Source: Fidelibacterota bacterium (lineage in GTDB: Bacteria > Fidelibacterota > UBA2242). Taken from it: a stretch of 24,850 nt of DNA. Under the pieces are notes generated by a model that was given only the letters and a program-made list of their open reading frames with translations, was not told where the DNA came from and made no database searches. Position 1 is the stretch's first letter; each line of letters opens with the position of its first letter. Below are positions 1 to 7,307 of this stretch, in pieces. The stretch spans positions 74,395-99,244 of the forward strand of contig JBNGDF010000009.1 in NCBI GenBank assembly GCA_049975265.1, written 5' to 3'. The translations under genes were made by a program, and so were the position numbers.

Positions 1-80
1 ATATGCGGAGAGACCGGGATTTCCCGCTTCCAGCGGGACATTTCCCTCAACAGAGAGGCGAACCAAGAGGTTGCGTAAAC
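1..80 (-). repeat. Degenerate duplicate of the tRNA-Ser 3' half (21-bp perfect direct repeat of 100-120, plus further matching blocks)
   Basis: 1-21 ATATGCGGAGAGACCGGGATT is identical to 100-120. After a 37-nt insert (22-58), CGAACC (59-64) and GCGTAAAC (73-80) recur with the same 8-nt spacing as in the tRNA (121-126, 135-142). May extend left of the window. Confidence 0.8.
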
Positions 81-104
81 GAATTTATTGATTGCCGTGA
101 TATG

Positions 105-191
105 CGGAGAGACCGGGATTCGAACCCGGGGTGGGCGTAAACCCACACACGCTTTCCAAGCGTGCTCCTTCAGCCACTCGGACACCTCTCC
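105..191 (-). tRNA. tRNA-Ser (anticodon GGA), long variable arm, CCA not encoded
   Basis: Minus strand GGAGAGGTGTCCGAGTGGCTGAAGGAGCACGC-TTGGAAA-GCGTGTGTGGGTTTACGCCCACCCCGGGTTCGAATCCCGGTCTCTCCG folds as a cloverleaf with a TTCGAAT T-loop and G discriminator. Confidence 0.97.
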
Positions 192-203
192 AAAAAGCGC
201 CAT

Positions 204-232
204 AGTTTAATTTATTTACCCTGAATATCCAA
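204..232 (-). promoter_or_regulatory. Putative sigma70-type promoter of tRNA-Ser
   Basis: Minus strand TTGGAT-17 nt-TAAACT, ending 12 nt upstream of the tRNA 5' end. Confidence 0.55.
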
Positions 233-319
233 GGATTAAGAAGTCGCTGAAAGGCACCGGTTTTTGATATATATTTTGAAGTCAATATACAAAATATGAC
301 CGGATTAACCGGGGACTTT

Positions 320-1447
320 TTAAGGAACCCGGAATGGAATCATCCAGAGATGTGCGTTGTACTGTCCGGTGCGGGTAAAAATCGTATTGTAATCAATGGC
401 ATCGATGAATAACCGATATATCTTGTCACCATGTGAATTTACAGAGATACTGCCCTGATAGTAACCGTCATTGTCAGTATCGTGTAGTGCCGTCCTGATT
501 TTGTACACATTAACCGCGTACCCGAAATGCGCCATAACCAGCGCACCAGGAGCCGTAGGGTAGGGATTCTCATTTATTACTCTCGCCGCTGAAACTGTGA
601 GGTTGCCCGGGTAACTCAGTGCGGGCAGCCCATCACGCTGAAAATATGTCTCAGGCAGCCCTGCGCCAGGCTGATCATATAAAGTAATACTTGAAGAATT
701 ACCAGACATTGAAAGTATTACTTCACTAATCTTGAAGGATTCATCGATTACGGTAAACAACATTGGTGTGATTTTATCCAGTTTCCAGTCTTTGGCAGCA
801 TCATCAGTATTTTGTGTGCGGATAAAAATCGCCCTTTGTTCCGTCTGATGTGTGAAATTTTTACTGATCGAATCCACCGCCGTGTAAACCGTCTGATAAT
901 CCCAGGTAATTACACTATCCAGCACAACAGTATTGGTGTCGACGATGTAGGTGGTATCGTATATCCAGACATCGGATTGTTCAAGATAGCTGGAATCGAC
1001 CTCAAATCCGGTGGTATCATAGATATCTTCAGTTATATAGCGGACCGCGTCAATTGTGCTGTCGGTAAGATGGTCGTAGAGTACGATGTTGAAACTACCC
1101 CTAAAGTAAAACTTTACATTGACATCGGCTGAATCCCATTTTATATCGCAGATAATAAGAGTGTCAATCATCTGGGTTATTTTCCGTCCGATTTTAATAT
1201 CGCTGATGTCATACTCGGCAGTGTCTGGGAAGGCAATTTTACCAAGCGTTGACGAGGAATAATCCGCAAAGCGGGCATTGATGTCATTCAGCCCGCCAAT
1301 GGAAAAAACTCCATCGGTGCGAACAACATTGTGGATCGCGTCGATGATTTCGTCTCTTTCAGGCAGGAGATATACCTTTTCGATTTTGGTACATGACATC
1401 ATCATTGACAGAAGAAGTACAGATACGGTAAGAAATCGGTTCGCCAT
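320..1447 (-). CDS. Hypothetical lipoprotein (375 aa)
   Basis: Long ORF; signal peptide MANRFLTVSVLLLSMMMS-C19 with a lipobox-like Cys; Asp/Thr/Ser-rich, beta-strand-like middle; no recognised family. Confidence 0.8.
   Translation of the reverse strand: MANRFLTVSVLLLSMMMSCTKIEKVYLLPERDEIIDAIHNVVRTDGVFSIGGLNDINARFADYSSSTLGKIAFPDTAEYDISDIKIGRKITQMIDTLIICDIKWDSADVNVKFYFRGSFNIVLYDHLTDSTIDAVRYITEDIYDTTGFEVDSSYLEQSDVWIYDTTYIVDTNTVVLDSVITWDYQTVYTAVDSISKNFTHQTEQRAIFIRTQNTDDAAKDWKLDKITPMLFTVIDESFKISEVILSMSGNSSSITLYDQPGAGLPETYFQRDGLPALSYPGNLTVSAARVINENPYPTAPGALVMAHFGYAVNVYKIRTALHDTDNDGYYQGSISVNSHGDKIYRLFIDAIDYNTIFTRTGQYNAHLWMIPFRVP
558..565 (+). other. KOPS-like octamer GGGTAGGG pointing toward the dif-like site
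   Basis: Matches the E. coli FtsK-orienting consensus GGGNAGGG. Confidence 0.4.
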
Positions 1448-1587
1448 GACATAAATATGGACTCTTTTAGGTTAAAATAAAAGGACTTTCCACTGCTAAT
1501 ATACTGATTGATAGTATTCGGGGAAAACACTGATCACGCCATTCAAGAGCGCATTGGGAAAACATGTAAAATTTTCTTTCAAATTTA

Positions 1588-1616
1588 TTGCATAAAGCCG
1601 AATTCTGCTTTAAATT
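1588..1616 (+). promoter_or_regulatory. Putative sigma70-type promoter of tRNA-Gly
   Basis: TTGCAT (1588-1593)-17 nt-TAAATT (1611-1616), 18 nt before the tRNA. Confidence 0.6.
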
Positions 1617-1634
1617 TCACCGCTTTTTGTGAAT

Positions 1635-1707
1635 GCGAGAGTAGCTCAGCTGGTAGAGCCCCACGTTGCCAACGTGGTTGTCGCGGGTTCGAGTCCCGTC
1701 TCTCGCT
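1635..1707 (+). tRNA. tRNA-Gly (anticodon GCC), CCA not encoded
   Basis: GCGAGAG acceptor stem paired with CTCTCGC, D-arm GCTC/GAGC, anticodon arm CCACG-TTGCCAA-CGTGG, T-loop TTCGAGT, U discriminator. Confidence 0.97.
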
Positions 1708-1715
1708 CTTGTATT

Positions 1716-1745
1716 AAATCCCTGAAAACCAGGGATTTTTTTATT
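1716..1745 (+). terminator. Rho-independent terminator after tRNA-Gly
   Basis: AAATCCCTG-AAAAC-CAGGGATTT stem-loop followed by a T-run. Confidence 0.85.
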
Positions 1746-1861
1746 AAATAATGATCTGTCTGACGGAAATATCTTTCTTTTATAACGGGGAGTGCAATAT
1801 TTTCAGATGGGCAATTGATTGAAAAATTGCCTGCCTCATTTACGTCGCATGCCGTTTTTAA

Positions 1862-1890
1862 TTGAACCTGTCACAAAAGGTTTGTAATAT
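1862..1890 (+). promoter_or_regulatory. Possible promoter of the ferritin-like gene
   Basis: TTGAAC-17 nt-TAATAT; AAGGAG RBS lies just upstream of ATG 1933. Confidence 0.35.
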
Positions 1891-1932
1891 ACGTTACGAT
1901 GTTTCAATTAAACGTATGAAAGGAGAAATGAA

Positions 1933-2235
1933 ATGCCGGAATTTGGCTCACCCTTTTCTGGATTGGCAAGTGATCGCAAACTGACGGATGAGGAACTGAT
2001 CAGAGCGATTCGCTTTATGATTGCCGCGGAATACGAAGCGATACAGCTCTATATGCAGCTTGCCGAATCGACTGATAATAAACTGGCGATTGAAGTCCTT
2101 AAAGATATCGCGGATGAGGAGCGGGTCCACGCCGGTGAGTTTCTGCGATTGCTCTATGAGCTTGCCCCGGATGAAGAAAAATACTATAACGAAGGGGCAG
2201 AGGAGGTTGAAGAAGAAATGGAGAAAATGAAATAG
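1933..2235 (+). CDS. Ferritin-like protein (Flp / encapsulin-cargo ferritin type, 100 aa)
   Basis: AEYEAIQLY and DEERVHAGEF di-iron ligand motifs in a half-ferritin; resembles the Flp domain of Pyrococcus Flp-encapsulin fusions; strong RBS. Confidence 0.88.
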   Translation: MPEFGSPFSGLASDRKLTDEELIRAIRFMIAAEYEAIQLYMQLAESTDNKLAIEVLKDIADEERVHAGEFLRLLYELAPDEEKYYNEGAEEVEEEMEKMK

Positions 2236-2384
2236 CGGCACAGTGCACGATACTAGTAATAAATAGCCGGAATTTGAACATCTGCAACCGCCATTAATTT
2301 ACCATATAATCTGTCTGCAATATTGCCATTCTGCTTCCTGTACCCTCCGCTGAAAAATGGTCTGAATTATGTTGTTTGATTCGG

Positions 2385-2440
2385 AGTTTAAAGTAAATTG
2401 TCAAGGTTTTAACTGCATAATTGATAATTCACTTTAAACT
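2385..2440. repeat. 20-bp imperfect inverted repeat upstream of rmuC
   Basis: AGTTTAAAGTAAATTGTCAA (2385-2404) versus TTGATAATTCACTTTAAACT (2421-2440): 18/20 complementary, 16-nt spacer. Confidence 0.7.
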
Positions 2441-2508
2441 TTTGATTTGAGTATATGTAAAATGTACATTTTAATAGCGTTTGAAAACTGTTTTGAAGGG
2501 ATACAACG

Positions 2509-3816
2509 ATGAGTGAATTGGTAATTCTCCTTATAATCGGCGGTTTCATTATTACCATACAAATTATTACGCTGCTGAAAATCTATAAAATCAGGGAGTC
2601 CGGTCTAAGCGATGAGATACAAGCCCTGAAGGATAAAATCACCGCTTTTGATTCAAAACTGGACCTTTTTCCCGATCTGCTGAAATCCAAGATTGCTGAA
2701 TCCGTACAGGAACAGTTTACCAATTTTACTCAGAGAATCATGGCACAGATTCAGGAACTGATTGAGAAATTTGGTGGATTTAAAAACGACTTGACCAAAT
2801 CGTTGGCAGAATCGAGTCAGAAAACCTCCGCCGATTTAAACACTTTCAAGGAAGTATTTCAGAAGAGCCTGTCCGGTGACTTCGACAAGCTGATCAGCAA
2901 CGTGGAAAAAAAGCTGGATGCAATCAATAATAAAGTCCAGGAGAATTTGAGTGAGGGCTTTAAAAAAACCAATGAGACCTTCAACAATGTCATAGAGCGA
3001 TTGACAAAAATCGATGAAGCCCAGAAAAAAATCGACAGTCTTTCAACGAACGTCGTCTCCCTGCAGGATATTTTAACCGATAAGAAGAGCCGGGGAATTT
3101 TCGGTGAAGTCCAGTTGAATCAGATTTTGCACGCCGTCTTCGGCGAGAAAAATGATAAAGTGTATCAAACTCAATATACTTTAAGCAATGGTAAAATGGT
3201 GGATGCCATTTTATTTGCACCCGAGCCCACTGGTAATATTGCCATTGACTCAAAATTTCCGCTGGAAAATTATAAGCGCATGTTGGATACTACGCTGCCG
3301 GACAGCGAGCGCAAACGGTTGGAGAAGTTATTTAAGGGAGATGTCAAAAAACAGATTGATGATATTGCCGATAAATATATCATACCGGGTGAAACCGCCG
3401 CCCATGCCGTGATGTTCTTACCGGCGGAGGCGATCTTTGCCGAACTGAATGCCTATCATTCCGATCTGGTACAGTATGCCCACCGACGCAAGGTGTGGAT
3501 TACCTCACCGACGACCTTTGTGGCGGTACTCAGCACGCTGCAAAATGTCCTCAATGATATAGAACGCCGCAAATATGCCGATATTATTCAGCAGGAAATC
3601 ATCAAGTTAGCCGAGGATTTCAGTCGTTATCGCGTACGTTGGGATAAATTGTCAACTCATATCGACACAGTCCAGAAGGATGTGAAAGATATTCACACCT
3701 CTACCCGCAAAATCAGCAGCAAATTCGAAAAGATTGCCAGTGTTGATCTCGAAAAAGAGACCAATCTTAAAAAACCGATTGAGAAACCGCTGCTCGATAT
3801 ATCCGATGAGGAATAG
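2509..3816 (+). CDS. rmuC: DNA recombination protein RmuC
   Basis: N-terminal TM helix, long coiled coil, motifs RGIFGEVQL, IDSKFPLENY, VMFLPAEAIF, SPTT. Confidence 0.95.
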   Translation: MSELVILLIIGGFIITIQIITLLKIYKIRESGLSDEIQALKDKITAFDSKLDLFPDLLKSKIAESVQEQFTNFTQRIMAQIQELIEKFGGFKNDLTKSLAESSQKTSADLNTFKEVFQKSLSGDFDKLISNVEKKLDAINNKVQENLSEGFKKTNETFNNVIERLTKIDEAQKKIDSLSTNVVSLQDILTDKKSRGIFGEVQLNQILHAVFGEKNDKVYQTQYTLSNGKMVDAILFAPEPTGNIAIDSKFPLENYKRMLDTTLPDSERKRLEKLFKGDVKKQIDDIADKYIIPGETAAHAVMFLPAEAIFAELNAYHSDLVQYAHRRKVWITSPTTFVAVLSTLQNVLNDIERRKYADIIQQEIIKLAEDFSRYRVRWDKLSTHIDTVQKDVKDIHTSTRKISSKFEKIASVDLEKETNLKKPIEKPLLDISDEE

Positions 3817-3819
3817 CCA

Positions 3820-4386
3820 TTGGACCTCTTTGTTCTGATTATGATTGCCGTGGGGCTCGCCATGGATGCCTTTGCCGTATCGATTGGTTGCGGTTTGACC
3901 GTGCCGCCGCCGAAGCGCCGAAACGGGCTGAAGATTGCCTTCTTCTTTAGCGCTTTTCAGGCGGTAATGCCGATTATTGGATGGGGATTCGGTCGATTTT
4001 TTGCCGCCAATATTGAGAAAATCGATCACTGGATTGCCTTTGGATTGCTCTGTCTGATTGGCAGCCGGATGATTTATAATGCGTTGACTTCAGGCGAATG
4101 CGAAAGGGACAGCAATCCGGCGAATGTAAAAACTCTGCTGATGCTCTCCATTGCCACCAGCATTGATGCGCTGATCATCGGAGTCACATTTGCCTTTTTA
4201 CAGATTCATATCATTACCCCTGTGATTATTATCGGCGTTATAACGTTCGTTATCTCTTCGGTCGGGCTGCTGATCGGACACAAACTGGGCTGCTATCTTG
4301 AAAAACGGGCGGAAATATTCGGCGGTATAGTATTGATTGGAATCGGGATAAAAATTCTCATCGAACATCTCTTTTTCGGAGTCTGA
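3820..4386 (+). CDS. mntP: Manganese efflux pump MntP
   Basis: GLAMDAFAVS and ATSIDAL motifs, about 6 TM helices, AEIFGGIVLIGIG C-terminus; TTG start with GAGGA RBS. Confidence 0.93.
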   Translation: MDLFVLIMIAVGLAMDAFAVSIGCGLTVPPPKRRNGLKIAFFFSAFQAVMPIIGWGFGRFFAANIEKIDHWIAFGLLCLIGSRMIYNALTSGECERDSNPANVKTLLMLSIATSIDALIIGVTFAFLQIHIITPVIIIGVITFVISSVGLLIGHKLGCYLEKRAEIFGGIVLIGIGIKILIEHLFFGV

Positions 4387-4388
4387 AG

Positions 4389-4871
4389 TTGCCGGTTGTT
4401 ATTGAAAAGAAGGAACTCCTGAACGGTGCAATCCATCTCTATGAATGCGATCCAATCCTGCTCAACCGGAACTTCGGAATTATCAAATATGTATTGCCAA
4501 AACCGCAACCTGTTGCCAGCCTTTTATTACCTAAAAATACCGTGACTCTGGCATTTTACTGGCGTGATCGACCGTATACCCTGTATCGCTGGTATTATCA
4601 GCAACGTAATCTCGGCAATTATTTCAACATTGCCGACAGGATTGTTCTGAAGGAGACCGAATTTCAGTGGCGGGACCTGGTGGTGGATATATTAATTGAT
4701 GAAAATCAGACAGTCGAGATTCTGGACCGTAACGAGCTGCCGGTCGGACTTTCCGCATCACTACAGCGCTATATTGACTCCGCCACCGAGCATATCACCA
4801 CCAACTACATGGCGATTTTTCAGGAAACCGACCGGATTCTGCACGAGCAGATGCTGTTACCGTCCATCTGA
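4389..4871 (+). CDS. DUF402-family protein
   Basis: YFNIAD...WRDLVVDILI...EILDRNEL pattern typical of DUF402; TTG start uncertain. Confidence 0.7.
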   Translation: MPVVIEKKELLNGAIHLYECDPILLNRNFGIIKYVLPKPQPVASLLLPKNTVTLAFYWRDRPYTLYRWYYQQRNLGNYFNIADRIVLKETEFQWRDLVVDILIDENQTVEILDRNELPVGLSASLQRYIDSATEHITTNYMAIFQETDRILHEQMLLPSI

Positions 4872-4971
4872 AATGAAAAAATATCAAACTTTCGGTTTAT
4901 TAATTCCCATTAATTAGCTATATTTCCACTTAGCTTTTTGCTTTGGAATAATTCAATAATTGAAGGGAATT

Positions 4972-6033
4972 ATGAAAAGTAGTGGATTTATTAATGGGCA
5001 GCTGTATCTCCCTGACAGATATCAATCCTACCTGGACCTCCGGGAAACGGAAGAAGCCATTAAGTATATCAAAGACGTTTTCCAGGATAAATTTGCCGCC
5101 GAGATGAATCTGCACCGTGTATCGGCGCCCATATTTGTACTCCAAAGCAGCGGTATAAATGATTATCTGTCCGGCACCGAGCAACCGGTGCAGTTTACCA
5201 TCCGCAGTATGAACAGCACGGCGGAAGTTGTCCAGTCGCTGGCGAAGTGGAAACGGCAGGCGCTGAAGGATTACGGCTTTATCAGCGGGGAGGGGCTCTA
5301 CACCGATATGAATGCCATTCGTCCCGATGAGGCGGTGCTTGACAACCTGCATTCAATCTATGTGGACCAGTGGGACTGGGAACGAATCATTGCCGAAAAT
5401 GAGCGCCGCCTGGATGTCCTGAAATACATAGTCAAAAAAATCTACCGGGTATTTAAAAAAGTGGAACAGGCTGTCTGTCGCAGATATTCACAGTTGCCAA
5501 CGGAAATTTTGCCCGAAACGATTTATTTCATTCATAGTGAAGAGCTGGAAAAAATGTATCCCGATCTGCCACCCCGGGAGAGAGAAAACCGGATTTGTGA
5601 AAAGTATGGGGCGGTCTTCATTATCGGTATCGGCGCCGCTTTGAAAAGTGGTGAACCGCACGATGCCCGGGCGGCGGACTACGACGACTGGATCACCGAG
5701 ACTGTCAACGGCTACCGCGGTCTGAATGGCGATATTCTCATCTGGTATCCGCCGCTGAACAGTGCCATGGAATTATCCTCGATGGGAATTCGGGTTGACC
5801 GGACGGCACTGCTCAAACAACTGGCGATTAAAAATGAGGAGTACAAGCAGGATTTACCGTTTCATAAAGGCATTTTAAATAACAGTTTACCGTTGTCGAT
5901 TGGTGGTGGTATCGGACAGTCCCGGCTGTGTATGTTTTTTCTCCGGAAATGTCATATTGGCGAAATACACGCCAGCGTCTGGCCCGCGGAGATGGTTGAT
6001 CTCTGCCGTCAAAAAAATATCAAATTGCTATAA
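4972..6033 (+). CDS. asnA: Aspartate--ammonia ligase (asparagine synthetase A)
   Basis: EVVQSLAKWKR, HSIYVDQWDWE, ELSSMGIRVD, SIGGGIGQSRL motifs; ATG 4972 preferred over TTG 4960 because of the GAAGGGA RBS. Confidence 0.97.
   Translation: MKSSGFINGQLYLPDRYQSYLDLRETEEAIKYIKDVFQDKFAAEMNLHRVSAPIFVLQSSGINDYLSGTEQPVQFTIRSMNSTAEVVQSLAKWKRQALKDYGFISGEGLYTDMNAIRPDEAVLDNLHSIYVDQWDWERIIAENERRLDVLKYIVKKIYRVFKKVEQAVCRRYSQLPTEILPETIYFIHSEELEKMYPDLPPRERENRICEKYGAVFIIGIGAALKSGEPHDARAADYDDWITETVNGYRGLNGDILIWYPPLNSAMELSSMGIRVDRTALLKQLAIKNEEYKQDLPFHKGILNNSLPLSIGGGIGQSRLCMFFLRKCHIGEIHASVWPAEMVDLCRQKNIKLL
5287..5294 (+). other. KOPS-like octamer GGGGAGGG pointing toward the dif-like site
   Basis: Matches GGGNAGGG. 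Confidence 0.4.
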
Positions 6034-6046
6034 CGGATAGAAGATT

Positions 6047-7258
6047 GTGGTTATGAAAAATATCAATGTTTTATTGCTGGAAAATATTCATGCCAATGCC
6101 GCAGCGATCTACCGGAATCAGGGGATTCCGGTGCGAATGATCGACGCAAGTCTGGATGAAGAGGAACTATGTCAGCAGATCAAAGGTGTTTCGATCCTTG
6201 GAATCCGTTCGAAAACCCGGATTACCCGAAAGGTACTCGACTGCGCTGATCAGCTATTGGCAATCGGCGCTTATTGCATCGGAACACAGCAGATTGATAT
6301 CAAAGCATGTACAGAACGTGGTATCGTCATTTTCAATGCGCCTTATAGCAATACCCGCAGCGTTGTGGAGCTGGTACTTGGTGAGATCATCATGCTGATC
6401 CGAGGCATTTTTGACAAGAGCGCCAAATTGCATCAGGGCATTTGGGATAAAAGCGCGAAAGGCACCTATGAAATCCGGGGTAAACGTCTTGGCATCGTCG
6501 GTTATGGCAATATCGGCGCCCAGTTGTCGGTTTTGGCAGAAGCGGTGGGTATGCAGGTTTACTATTATGATCTGGAGGAAAAATTAGCTTTGGGTAATGC
6601 CCGCAAGTGCGATTCTTTTGACGAACTGTTATCCATGGTCGATGTGGTTACGATTCATGTTGACGATCGTCCCGAAAACCGGCAATTGGTTGGCAGAAGG
6701 GAATTTGAACTGATGAAGGATGGCGTGGTTTTTCTGAACCTAAGTCGCGGTTTTGTCGTCGATATGAAGGCGCTGGTAGAATATATTAAAAAAGGCAAAA
6801 TCCGGGGTGCCGCTGTTGATGTATTTCCGGAAGAACCGAAACGAAACAGTGAGCCTTTCCGAACGGAACTGCAGCAGCTGCCCAATGTTATCTTGACGCC
6901 CCATATCGGCGGCAGCACCGAAGAGGCACAGCAGAATATTGCCGATTTTGTAACCGGCAGGTTACTGGATTTCGTGTTTAACGGCGGAACGACGTTAAGT
7001 GTGAATTTCCCAAATCTCCAATTACCGGAAATCAAAGATGCCCATCGTCTGATTCATCTGCATCACAATGTCCCCGGAATTCTGGCGAAAATCAACAATA
7101 TCCTGGCGGCGAACTCCATTAATATCGTCGGGCAGTATCTGAAAACCAACGAACTCATCGGATATGTGATCACCGATATAAGCCGGGAATACGGACCGGA
7201 AGTAATCACCGAAATCAGTAATATTCCGGGAACAATCCACGTCAGAATAGTATATTAG
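6047..7258 (+). CDS. serA: D-3-phosphoglycerate dehydrogenase (E. coli-like, C-terminal ACT domain)
   Basis: GIRSKT, FNAPYSNTRSVVEL, GYGNIG Rossmann motif, TPHIGGSTEEAQ, ACT HHNVPG; the start may be ATG 6053. Confidence 0.96.
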   Translation: MVMKNINVLLLENIHANAAAIYRNQGIPVRMIDASLDEEELCQQIKGVSILGIRSKTRITRKVLDCADQLLAIGAYCIGTQQIDIKACTERGIVIFNAPYSNTRSVVELVLGEIIMLIRGIFDKSAKLHQGIWDKSAKGTYEIRGKRLGIVGYGNIGAQLSVLAEAVGMQVYYYDLEEKLALGNARKCDSFDELLSMVDVVTIHVDDRPENRQLVGRREFELMKDGVVFLNLSRGFVVDMKALVEYIKKGKIRGAAVDVFPEEPKRNSEPFRTELQQLPNVILTPHIGGSTEEAQQNIADFVTGRLLDFVFNGGTTLSVNFPNLQLPEIKDAHRLIHLHHNVPGILAKINNILAANSINIVGQYLKTNELIGYVITDISREYGPEVITEISNIPGTIHVRIVY

Positions 7259-7307
7259 TGCCATGGCAGCGAACCGATTGTTGACAAACAGAAAAAGGTA
7301 ATGTTTT

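Noticed and set aside
1..120. CRISPR array interpretation of the 21-bp direct repeat
   Set aside because: Only two copies, the repeat is the tRNA 3' end, the spacer is 78 nt, and there are no cas genes.
85..285. 66-aa ORF
   Set aside because: Reads through tRNA-Ser; spurious.
1508..1717. 69-aa ORF
   Set aside because: Reads through tRNA-Gly and its promoter; spurious.
1787..1831. GGGGAGT plus a GGCAATT/AATTGCC hairpin as a yybP-ykoY Mn riboswitch
   Set aside because: The remaining conserved elements are not recognisable, and it is about 2 kb from mntP.
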